Of a stretch of 64,000 bases of DNA, positions 12,860 through 24,474 are shown piece after piece. This stretch comes from Kudoa neothunni (lineage: Eukaryota; Animalia; Cnidaria): assembly GCA_964304625.1 (NCBI GenBank), contig OZ199838.1, forward strand, positions 10,741,407 to 10,805,406. The letters run 5' to 3'. How positions within the stretch are numbered: position 1 is the first letter of the stretch; the number at the start of each line of letters is the position of its first letter. The translations under genes were made by a program, and so were the position numbers. A model generated the notes under the pieces. The model was given only the letters and a program-made list of their open reading frames with translations. It was not told the origin of the DNA and did not search any database.

Positions 12860-13593
12860 ATTCTAACAAATTTATTCAACTTCATATTATATACACGCGT
12901 AATCTCTCTATATATACAATCAAATTATATAATACGAATAAATCAAATGGTATTCATCCTCTGAAATGAATATATGAATTTAAATCTATAGTTAATAAAA
13001 ATCATCGGGAATACTCCTTTTTGTCACTACTCCTATGTCCATTAACATAACTAATAGTTTCAAAAAAACGTGATGCTTGATGGAAGAGGAATGAGCCCAA
13101 TAATTAACATAATCAATCTATAATTTTCACAAATTTAATTTACATAAGTTTAATTTAATAGTGCATTTAAAGGCGAAGGAAAATTTTTATTTGTATTATT
13201 CTTCGTGAAAATGTCCATTTTTTATATACACTGCGGTCGTTTATTAGTCTAATTCTAATACCCTAGCTCTTACAGCTTTCAATTTTTTGAACTAACACAC
13301 ACGAACGAACGAAATTTTCACGAATGAAAGCGCATTGTCTGGAAATTAACATTTTTGAAATTATAATCGGCTAAACCAACACCATTAAACTTTTTCGATA
13401 AATCGATTAAAAGGAAACAATCTTTGGTCTATTTTGCTACTGTCTGATAGTTCTAAAATTAAATAATCGATAAATTGCGTCATTTTTGCCAACATCTTTT
13501 TTCGATGTTCAGGAGGAAATACAGAAATGTCTTTTATATGTAATAGTATTAAAGCAAGCAACCATTGTTCTTTTATAGTCGATTGATATTATA

Positions 13594-14608
13594 TAGCGGG
13601 GGGCAGACTTGCTCAGATCGGGAAACAATTTTAAGGTTTCCAAAATGTTCAAGAGCCACAAAACATCAAAATCATTTATGTACCCTTTCCTTATTTAAAA
13701 CGTTCATTTTTGGGGACTGTTAAGAAAAAATGATCTAGAATTACAAATAAAGGTTTTTAATTTTTTTCATATTTATTTAATCCCTGGAAAACTTACTTAT
13801 AATTTTTACAGATCTAATTTATGATGGTTTTTCTAAATATGCGAATTAGTAGTAAATGATCCAAGGAATTTTTTCTCTATTAAAAATGTCACAATAATAA
13901 AATATTTTTCATGTTTAATCATGTATGGTAGTCTGACGAAAAATAAAATTAAATATTCACGAATAAAGTAATACAAGAATTTAATGCATTCAACAAATTT
14001 TTTTAGAAATTGTTTCTGCTTCAAGTTTTTCATGTTTCCATCTTATCAGTGAACTGATAGTTATCTGGTCTGTATACTGTTGACGCTGTACGAATTAATT
14101 ACGTCAGGCGTTTGTTTGGGAGGGGGGGATACGCGATGCCTCGATTTTACAAACTTTATCGTTGAATAAATAGACTCACAACAATAAGTTGTTCCGAAGA
14201 TAATAACAAGTTTGATGCAAATTTCTTTTAGTTTTGAATGTTTGGTTTCTAGAACGTATTTCCAAAATTTGATTGGTGAGTCGGAATAACGAATCATCTT
14301 AAAAGCTTTAATGCGTGTTTTATTATTCCTATAGCTATCGCTTTGATAATGGATAAACATTAGTTCTAATTGTATTCTCTAATGAAAATATTATTAATCC
14401 TTGTTTGCATACAATATTAAAACTATATGGTAGTTTGTAACTATTTTTTCCGATCCACAAATATTATCTAGTTTACGATTAAAGCGTTCATTTCTTTATT
14501 TGATTAATTGGTTTAAACTATGTAGTTTTTTCGAATTAACGTGCTGGTTGAATTAAAAAAAACTCAACTCTAAACAATTTAATAAGAGCCACGGTTTGAC
14601 CACTCCTG
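13594..14608 (-). mobile_element. Internally deleted hAT (Charlie/SPIN-like) element
   Basis: ORF 14061-14360 carries the hAT C-terminal dimerisation motif (FWK...IFGTTYCCESIYSTIKFVKSRHR). Right terminus GTTTGACCACTCCTG; left terminus degenerate. Confidence 0.65.
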
Positions 14609-16298
14609 TTATAAAAACTACTCCAAAAATTTGTTCATAATGAATAACAGAGATTTATTAGATAACTCGTTGGTTGTCACCCCTTATATCTTAGTACATG
14701 TTAAAGAATTAAAAAAATTAAAGCCAACCCATATAATATTAGTGTCTTCTTTCTTTAAACGTACATTTATACGAACGTACTATGTAAATAGCAACAATTA
14801 ACGGCCAAGAAATCTTAGTAGGTCATATATTGACATACCATACTTTGGTATTTTAGTAGATAAAAAGTGACGTGAAGTTACATCTCATAACGAAAATCTT
14901 ATTATAAAATGTTTATTTTTAGATTCTATATCATTATTAATTTGTTAAGATGAGTAGTTTAAAAAATGCTCCAAACATGCATTACCTCTATGATTGACTA
15001 ATCTTTAATTACTATAAAATCGTAAACTTGGATTTGTGACGATTACTTTATTTTAAAGTTAATTTTACTTGATAAATACTCGTAAAATATTTTTTTATGA
15101 ATTAATAAATGAACGTAAATGAAAACATAATTAAATAAGGTAAATTAAAAATTCGAATGTTTGAATTTTGGAACAAATATTGCCATAATTTTTTTTATCT
15201 AGGATAAACTACCAACAGAAATTTATAAACTAAACAATTTATTGGAATATGCCATTATTGAATTTAAAAATCTTCATTCTAATTTTGAATAGAATAAATC
15301 AGAAAGTTCTATTTTTAAAATACGAAGTCACAAGATTGGACCTTTACACACTTGTTACTAACAGATACAACTAAAAAAATCGATGAACAGTTATTGAATA
15401 AGAATAATTTTAAAATTATGGAAAAATATTAATTTTTTTGATGTATTTCTCAACAACATGAGGACTTCACGTGCATCCGAATGTGCTCGGCTTAAGATTT
15501 TTAGCCAACAACGGTTATTGCGCACAATATCCATCTAATCACGCGCGCATTCAATATATAACTCAACTATTTTCTTTAAAAAAACTAATTAACATTTATT
15601 TTTTGGAAACATTGTTATGAAAGTACATTTCTATGTATATTTTACAATTTTAGATATCCTATCCATCACTGGGTAGAAATCATTCAATCCATTTGGGTCC
15701 AAGTTAAAATGTTTAGCGTATTTCTGAGATAGCATTCTTCAGTTTCTCCGCGTTTAATACATACGTGAGGTGGTCATTTTCATCGTGATTTCATCTTATA
15801 TAATCGTTCATCTTTATATTTGTTTTAATTTTTTTAACAATGATGCATTTAGATTCTATTACAGCTGAAGAACGTAATAAATTATTTTTATAAAAAAAAG
15901 GGTCTAAAAATGTTAATTTTTAATGGTGACAAAAACATGATACTTAAATCTAAAACATGCACGTTTATCCAATATATTATTCGCTTTTTATACTTATCAT
16001 TTATAATTATAGGCTTTTTTGGTGTTTAGAAACAATTTTAATTACATTACTAAAATTTTTAAATGTTTAAAATTAAACATCATTTTGAATAATCAGTAAT
16101 GATGTTCTAGTTTATAAATTTTTATAGCAGTTTTCTCTTGCTAAATTTAAAATCTATTTAATTAATAATGAAAGCGTATTAAACTTTTTATTATTATATT
16201 TCTTTTATTTATGTACAATGACCACACATATAGTTTAAAATCAATGAATCTATTCAGTTTTAAAGAACAACTTGCAATCCTGTAATAAAACCAAGATA

Positions 16299-17490
16299 CA
16301 AGTAGGCAATCGATTTTTCGTACCTGTAACTTTTTATTTCTCGTTTAAGCTGAAAGTTTCCGTGAAAGTAAAAATTAAATATTAGAATATCATATTTAAA
16401 TTTAATTAAAAAAATCCAAATAAAGAAAAAATGAGGAAAATACGTAAAAACTATCATTGAGGATTTTACGTACTTTTTTGAACACTTGCCTAATAAGGGA
16501 GCAGAGGATACTACCGTTCGAAATTTTAAGCACCCTACAATTTCAACATTGGATGGCATTCTTAATAAGGAAGAAATATTGAAATCCCATGAAGGTGTGA
16601 TAGCTTCACCTAAAATAAAATTTGAAATATAGTACCAACAAAGAACTTGATTCTGAGAAGTTTGAGTATATTTTTTGATGCGCTCAAATTGTTCGTGTGT
16701 GGATTCATTAATAACAGACGGTTTAAAGGGTTTTAATCAATATTCAATCTAAAATGGCAAAATTATCATGACGATTTTTGTATCGTTGACAGTGAAACAA
16801 TTACAAGTGAGTTCCGATTTTATTAGGTATAATAAAGGACTGCTCATCCGAATGTGTTTTTAAAATCGACCAAACTGCGCTATACTATCAGGAACACTTG
16901 CTAAAATCTTTGTTTGCATATGTTTTCATAGTTTTAGGAAAGGGTTATGTCACAACTAAGGAGAATGCCTATAACCGATTAAAAAAGAGAAAAAAAGAAT
17001 AACAATTCTCTTTGGTTCTTTCATATGTAGTCAGAAACTCGATCATTTGATTATTTGACATTCTGCTAAATCGAGATGCTCCAAAAATGTAAAAAATCTT
17101 CTATTAAAATGTGAGTGCCGTGAAGAAGCATGAATGACTGATTAATGTTTATTAAATATATAAGTGGTTTAAATAAATTTTGGAATAGAATCCAATAAAA
17201 TAGTTTTTCTTCCTCAAAATACGATATGTGTTTTGAGGCCGTTAAATCAGGGTATTATCTACTCGTTCAAAGCGGCATATAAAAGAGAAATTATAAAAAA
17301 GTTCTTTGCATTCACAGAAGCTGGCTCTCATCCAACATCCCCAGATTAGCTGAAATCTATATTTTTAACTAAAGGAGCGTGAGAGTCCATTAACAATAAG
17401 ACCATTTTAAATTGTTTTAAAACTAGATTCTCTTGTGCTAACGATAAAGATACAAATAATGAAATTACGCTCCATGAACTAACAGAAATT
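16299..17490 (+). mobile_element. Truncated pogo/Tigger-like element, same family as 44241-46345 in opposite orientation
   Basis: TA followed by CAAGTAGGCAATCGATTTTTCGTAC. Degenerate DDE_1 motif FLPQNTICVLRPLNQGIIYSFKAAY. Clearly homologous to the reverse complement of about 45050-46345. Confidence 0.8.
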
Positions 17491-17499
17491 GATGAGGAA

Positions 17500-18524
17500 A
17501 TCTACCGGAAACTTTTCTCTCATAAGCAATTCCAACATATATCAAGGTCCCTCCGTTTCAATGATGGTAGTACCGGGGAATCAAGGATTCACAATAAGTT
17601 TGATTTGATTTGTGAAATTGGGACAACCTGGGCAAGCATTTTGTCACTTTGTTTTACTCCTAATGAGGATATCACGATGGATGAATAACTAGTTTCATTT
17701 CGGCAATATGTGTCCTTAAAACCAACAAAGTACGGGTTAAAGTTTTTCGTTTTAGTTGATCCTAAAGATAAATGTGTCCTAAATGTTCTACCGTACCTTG
17801 GAAAGAACGATAATAGACCAACTCGAAACTCAAGTGTTGGTGAGAGTGTTGTACTAGAGCTAACTACCCCTCTTTTCTATTCAGGTAGGAATGTTGTCGC
17901 GGACAATTTTTTTTCTTCAGTTGGATTGGCATCCAAACTATTCGAAAAAAAAACTAAACTATCTAGTTATCATGCACCACAATAAAAAAGATATTCCTCC
18001 ATGTGCTCTCCCATCAAGAAAAAGAACATTGTACAACTCAACATTAACAAAAATTGCTTACCTCATATAAATAAAAAAGGAAAATATGCGATTATCTTAT
18101 CCACAGGATCCACCAATAATGCTATATCGGATGAATCTTTTAAGAACAAACCAGAGATTATACCATGGTACAATAAGACAAATGGTGGTATTTTTGAACA
18201 AGATAGATCTATCATTGATTAATGCCTTCGCAGTATACAAAAGTGTGCTTAACGCTAAAGACTTGCAAAGGAGAATATTAGCAAAGTGAGAGGTGAATTT
18301 CGTCCTCGGTAAAATGATAAAAAACTTCTTCGAAATGTGTAAGTTGCAACAGTTTTTACTCTCCTTCATTCATCTAAAAAATGTTTCAACTGTTAGACAT
18401 GTAAACTTATCGTTTATAATTTCAATATTATTTATTTTATGTGAAATATTTTTATTCGCTTAAATGCGAGTTTTTGGATTTAGAATGCATCGAAATGGCA
18501 CGATTAGTATCAGCACTAACCGGA
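17500..18524 (+). mobile_element. piggyBac (PGBD4-like) transposase remnant with right end
   Basis: Motifs ITMDE*LVSF, KPTKYGLKFF and VVADNFFSS; ends ...CTAACCGGA-TTAA; related to the element at 62332. Confidence 0.8.
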
Positions 18525-19559
18525 TTAATTTTAATTAACTATGTGAATTTTTGCTATTTTCTCACTCGAAATGTCTAAAAAAAATTTGGGGTCTTTTTTA
18601 GTGATTGTTAGCGAGTTAATGCGATTGGCAAATCATTTAAGTCGAAATATCCTTCTTTGACCCACACACTTTCATTAGTCACTGAAAATAGCAAATATGG
18701 GAAACAAAAAAGCCTTATTGCTGCAGCACATCCACATAACCACCCTTTTTTCTCATATCACGAAGTATTAAATGTCTTGATAATTATCTTCCCTTTCAGT
18801 TGTTTAAGTTAAGTTCTTAAGATCATTAGTCGATCTACCATTTCTTATAATTTGTAATTTATTTTCATAATGAAATTTTGAAAACTCTTTTAGATATCCG
18901 CTATCCATATTTGAAGAGATGAAATAAGATTAACAGAGACGCGGTCTCTTATGACAAGTACGACAATAATTAGTATTAACTTTGGGTGATATTCCCAATA
19001 TAATTGTCATATAGATTATCTTATTTCAAAAATTTCCTTCAATTAAATTTAAAAAAAATGAAAAAACAGAACAATTTATTTGAATAAATAATGCACGCGC
19101 ACCCGGAATATTTTAAGTAGGTCACGTGACACAGCGGTAGGCAATATGAATTCTCCCTACGGTCACCATTAAAAGCGCAATTATGGGCAGAGTCGATTCG
19201 TGCTTATCTTGCTACTAATACCTAGAATTTGTTGTAGCTTTATAAGAATATGTGAAAAATTAGTTAATTTTTTTTCGATTTTTGCTAAACAGGATACGCA
19301 CTGCCTTCCTTACCTACTCTGATGGCACGTGCCTGATATACACGTCAGACATACAAATAGTAGTAGTTGTGCGATTACATATTCTCTCTTTTCCTTACGC
19401 ACAATGAATTACAGTACAACATCCTTTAGGTTCAGTAATGAAAAATATTTAGAATTTCCCAGCATGTCAAATATGCCGTCAAAGCGTGTTTTTTCTTTTA
19501 CAAAGTCAAACCCCTGGCGCAACTTGTTAGGTTGGAAGTTCAGGATGGTTATGTCTTCT

Positions 19560-19974
19560 CCATTTACGCTTTAGGCACCGCAGTGTCATATTAAGGCGAC
19601 TTACGTTTATGCAGTAGTGCGGGATTTTAACCCACTTAACAGCCTTGTTTCGGAACAACTGCCGCCCCAACCATCCCTAGACTGACCCAGAATTAGTCCG
19701 AGGAAGTCGTCTGAATGGGGCATCGGCCCTACGGAAACCCCCTACTGGGTTGTATTTCGTTACTGTATCCCGGCTTTTATGAGCCCACAAGATCTACCTT
19801 TCCGACACGTTCCCTTCCCAGCTGCAAGCAAAGATCCACGATAAATCGTAGATCCTTACGAATACTACAGACTTACTGCTTAATTTCGGATTAGGAGCAC
19901 AAAAACGCCCGGTCTAGGCATCGAACTCGTAACCTCATGGTATGTGATCTCGACCTAACACCATTATGCCATAT
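19560..19974 (-). mobile_element. Putative tRNA-derived SINE
   Basis: A-box TGGCATAATGG and B-box GAGTTCGATGCC with tRNA-like spacing, followed by a ~330-nt GC-richer structured body; abuts the broken RT of the gypsy remnant. Confidence 0.6.
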
Positions 19975-21343
19975 TGTCATCAATGCATGGCAGGGGTAGG
20001 AATCTTTTGTTGTAATCGCGTTTAATTTCCTATAGTCGACACAACGACAAAATTTCCCGTTTTTCTTTGGTACAATCACGGCATTGAATGCCCACTGAGA
20101 GGAAGATTATGCAATAACATTATTTTTGAGCATGTCTTTTATAAGACCATTCATCACATCTCTGCGGAAGAAAGGTATTCTTCTTCTAAAATCCTTTAGG
20201 GGTTTATGATTACCAGCATCAATTTCAGCATTTCCTAGCTTAAGAGACAATTCTGATAGCGTTTCTATCATGTGGATCATTAGCTTTCAGATAATTATTT
20301 TCGATTTGAAGTTTGAAATCCAATAGTTGCAAGGTATAAACTCCATTAACACAATCACATATCAAATTTTCGATCACAAAAAATTATTGGGAAACAATTT
20401 TATTTTCTAATTTTTAGATTTACCACTCCTTTTAATAACATAAAGCTAACACATGCTGATATTAACTTCATAGCCGTCGGTCTCATCATCTCGCATTTTA
20501 TTCTCTTGCAGAACTTCCAACTAATAATACTTGATTGAGATCCCGTACCTATCATAGCTTTTACGTGCAAATTTTGTATTATTAGCGGTAAAAATAACAA
20601 ACAAGAGGCGGAATATTTCACAACTTGTTTTTTATAACAGTCCTTTATATAATGAACAAATTTACCGCAATTGAAACATTCGACCCTTTTTTTGGTTTTT
20701 CCTTCCAAAGTATCGAGTCTTTTCAGAGTGAGCTCAAAAGTATCGTCTTTTTTGTTAGCCATAACGTCCGAGATATTTTCGTCATCTTGGCCCCTCGTTG
20801 TATTCTTACGCGATGCAAATTCTAATGTCGCGACGAGTTCAAAAGTCTCTTCAAATCTAGAAGGTCCCTTCACAAGTAGATTCTTTCTTGTTTCAGCAGA
20901 TAGTATCTCGTAGATGAATTGATTTTCCAATATCTCATCGAGTTTGTTATGTTCAATTGAACCGATGGCATCTCTTCCTTTCCTTCTTACTAGTTCAGCA
21001 AATTCAGCAAGTGTTTGTCCATCCTTTTGTGAGCTGGTGAAGAATCCTCGCTGGGCCACGAAGGTATCTTTTACCTTACCGCATCTGGCTACCAAGAATT
21101 CTCTAACAACAACGTATGGTGTGCTAAGACCATAACCACCTTCTTTAACCAAGTATCCGCTTCATGTCCGTTGAATTGTTCCACGTTCGTCATTGCGCCA
21201 GTGTTAAGTCGAGACAGCATTGTTATCAATATATCTATAACTACAAAGCTATTTTTATAATTGTCTTTTTGATACAGAATGTTCTAGAAGTATGTAGACC
21301 GATGATCGGTTAGTATAGAAGCTTCTAATGTACTCTATGTTAA
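19975..21343 (-). mobile_element. Ty3/gypsy remnant: 5' LTR part, PBS, gag, protease, start of RT
   Basis: LTR end ...TTAACA followed by PBS-like TGGCGCAATG near 21200. Gag zinc knuckle CFNCGKFVHYIKDC, decayed protease AMIGTGS, RT start VPKKNGKFCRCVDYRKLN. Confidence 0.8.
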
Positions 21344-22110
21344 CCCATTCCGGTTCTCTGTACCTTTTAAGGCACAAGGAACATTTTAGTATTACGTAAG
21401 CAACAAGAGGTTTTATTACGATTAAATCTAATAATTTGATATATACATAAAAAATTTAATAAATTGTATCGGTGTTTATACCGATGCATACCGTAATACA
21501 GTAACACCGGCCAAAAAATTATTACATGGTAGTCTATAGAAATTTTTTTATTTTGAAGTATGAAAGAAATCATTAATTATAAGGCGCACAACCAAGTTCC
21601 GTAAAGGGAACAGAAAACTGATCGCGTGCTTAGGATCTTATACTTAACCCGCCACGCTTGTTTTTACTTGCGCGGAAAAATGAATTTTCAGAATTTGTTT
21701 TATGCTATTAATGAGTTAGAAAACGATGAAGGTGAATATTCTCCAATAGATATTGTTAAACTGCCTCCAGATCATGATGATTTGACCGACCAAGGAGACT
21801 ATACTATAACAGCAAACTCTGAAAACGTTGATATTGCTGATATACCTGAAATATGCAGATCTGTAGAAATTTTTTCATCAACATATGAAGAAAATGATAA
21901 TGTCAATGTATCTAACGTGTGGAAAAAACATATACACACAATCCTTTAAATGGGAACGAATTAAACTCTTTTGATGCATTTAGTCATAAATTTGATGATC
22001 AATTATTGATTCACATTGTGAGACAAACTAATCTCTATGCCCGATAAAAAAATGATCATAATTTCCACCTTCATTTAAAACAATTAAAATCGTTTATTGG
22101 TATTCTTTTA

Positions 22111-23541
22111 TAGGGGTTTCCGAGCTTTAACAACACGTGTCTAAATTTGGAATCTAATTAGGTAGAGAATTCATACTTATAATTCAGAAAATATCAAATG
22201 AGTGGTAATAATGTAAACATAGTTGATTTGTATAATATTTATGAAATAAAAAAGATACCAGTAACGATTCTCAAATGTCACAAGGTCAATGATTATTAAC
22301 CAATGTGAAAAAAAATATAGCAACTCTATAATTGCAGAAAACGTCGGTGTACATCGCTGCACCGTTGCTTCAATTGTAAAAGCCTACCTAATTGACGGAA
22401 AGGTAGAATCTTTAAAGCGGGGTGGCGATTATTCCACAAAGCTGACTGATGAACAAAAGTTGTTGATTAGAAATTGGGTGGATGAAGACGTAACAATTTC
22501 TCTCAAAGCCCTTCGCCTGAAATTAATTGACGAGTGTGGAGTAAGCGTAAGTGCGAGCACTATTAACAGATGCTTGAAACAATTCCACTATTCGTTAAAA
22601 ATAGTTACAATTGTCCCCGAGCGAAGGAATTGTGAGAATACTTTAGAACAGCGCCTTGTGTATGCTCAAAATTTCAACTCAAAAATTCTTGAGATTGAAG
22701 ATAAAAATTTCATTTTTATCGATGAAGTTGGGTTTAGTGTATCTACACGAACTAGAAAAGGTCGTTCCCTTGCTGGTACATCAGCTTACGTTCCTGTTGG
22801 AGGCGTTAGAACAAGGAACATATCCGTTATAGCCTCAATGAGTAAATACGGTATGGTATTTTATAAAGTTAATCGGCGACCAGTGAATGGAGAAGATTTT
22901 AAGGAATACCTTATTGAGCTAGTAGATTTTTGTCACTCGATCGAAATAGATAATCCATGCTTCATATTGGACAACGCGAGAATTCATCATTATCATGGAC
23001 TTACAGATGTGCTGAACTCTATGCAAATGATATTGATGTACCTGCCTCCATATTCGCCATTTTTGAACCCGATCGAAAATGTGTTCAGTAAATGGAAGAA
23101 CCATGTTATACGGGGCTCAGCAAGGGATGAACCTGATCTTTTAAACCTGATAGATGATGGGTTTAAAATTGTCACTCCTGATGATTGTTCCGGATACTAT
23201 CGAAAGATGCTTCGATATGTTTCCAGATGTCTCAACAAAGAAATTATTATGGAATAAATATAAATTTTATCATCTTTAAGAAGATTATATATTATATCCC
23301 TCCAATTTGACATTATTATTTTATACGCGCATCAAAACTGCGGAATTTGTAATTAATCTTGAGTTACATCTAGTGCTGTGTTAATTTAGTAAAGTTTATT
23401 TCATTTAAGCTTAATCACGTTTATCGTTGTGTATAAAAATTTTGTTATTAATCTCGACTTGTTAAAAAAGTTCAAATTATTTCTTTTATTAGTTAATGCA
23501 GCAAACCCTGGAACCGTGTTGTTAAAGCTCGGAAAACCCTA
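22111..23541 (+). mobile_element. Tc1/mariner-IS630 superfamily DD34E transposon, near intact
   Basis: 27-bp TIR TAGGGGTTTCCGAGCTTTAACAACACG with one mismatch; TA TSD at 22109-22110 and 23542-23543. Removing it restores the host piggyBac frame GILLLSGY. Confidence 0.95.
22289..23257 (+). CDS. DD34E transposase (322 aa; upstream N-terminal codons appear frameshifted)
   Basis: HTH region, FIDEVGF, ILDNARIH and LPPYSPFLNPIE; 34 residues between the second D and the E. Confidence 0.9.
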   Translation: MIINQCEKKYSNSIIAENVGVHRCTVASIVKAYLIDGKVESLKRGGDYSTKLTDEQKLLIRNWVDEDVTISLKALRLKLIDECGVSVSASTINRCLKQFHYSLKIVTIVPERRNCENTLEQRLVYAQNFNSKILEIEDKNFIFIDEVGFSVSTRTRKGRSLAGTSAYVPVGGVRTRNISVIASMSKYGMVFYKVNRRPVNGEDFKEYLIELVDFCHSIEIDNPCFILDNARIHHYHGLTDVLNSMQMILMYLPPYSPFLNPIENVFSKWKNHVIRGSARDEPDLLNLIDDGFKIVTPDDCSGYYRKMLRYVSRCLNKEIIME

Positions 23542-24075
23542 TATTATCAGGATATAACAAACTTCCTCAACAACACATGTACTGGGAAACTTCTTATGAC
23601 GCTGGTGTGGAGATTGTAAAAACAAGCAAGTCAATAAAAAGATTTAAGGAAATATAAAAGTTCCTTCACTTTAATGACAATTCAAAGGTGACCCTGATGA
23701 TAAGCTCTTTAAAATAAGATCGATCATCAACAAGTTAAACAAAAATTTCAAAAAATTTGGAATTTTTCGTAAGTATTTATCTATTGATGAGCAGATGATT
23801 CCTTATACAGGACATCATTCCTGCAAGATGTTTATGAAAGGCGAACCGATACGTTTAAGATTCAAAAACTGGGTGATGTCGTCGTGTGGATATGTTCACA
23901 GTTTTGAGGTTTACACGGTAAAGTCAACAACATATGACATTAGAATCGGTCTCGATGATAGCGTTGAGAGAAATTTTTGCAAACACAGAAAAATTTTAAT
24001 TACCCAGTGGAATGACACCAAACCAGTTACTCTAATCAGCAATTTTTGTGGCGTTGATCCATTGTGTAGCGTTAA

Positions 24076-24221
24076 CCCATTCGGGTTTTGTGTGTCGTTT
24101 ATGGCACAACCTGATAACTTGGTTTTTCGCTCATATAATAATTTTATTGAAAAAGTATTTTAATTATGCTTTTATTATAACAGTATAATTTTTAAGTTGG
24201 GAAATAGATCAACCATATGCC
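24076..24221 (+). mobile_element. Left end of a second piggyBac-like element inserted at a TTAA within the first
   Basis: TTAA (24072-24075) followed by CCCATTCGGGTTTTG, exactly where host transposase homology stops; no right end found. Confidence 0.5.
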
Positions 24222-24370
24222 TGTTATGTATATGTTACCGGCAATGTATAAAAAATTAATTCCCACCAAAAAAGACGTTCGGGTCGTCGTTTTCACGTGA
24301 TAATAGTCCTTTAGTTTAGGTGACGCTACGTAAGTTTGTCCTCATTGCTGTGTGTTTGTAAGACTCTCGT

Positions 24371-24473
24371 TGTTATGGCTAATAGATAGCGCGGACAGGG
24401 ATTAGGATAATTAGTACTGGTATCACGCTGGAGTTTCAAATATTGTTTCTATTCGCGTTGCTCATACTCCACA
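24371..24473 (+). repeat. 5' LTR (103 bp)
   Basis: Direct repeat of 27977-28079 with a single C/T difference. Confidence 0.97.
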
Positions 24474-24474
24474 A

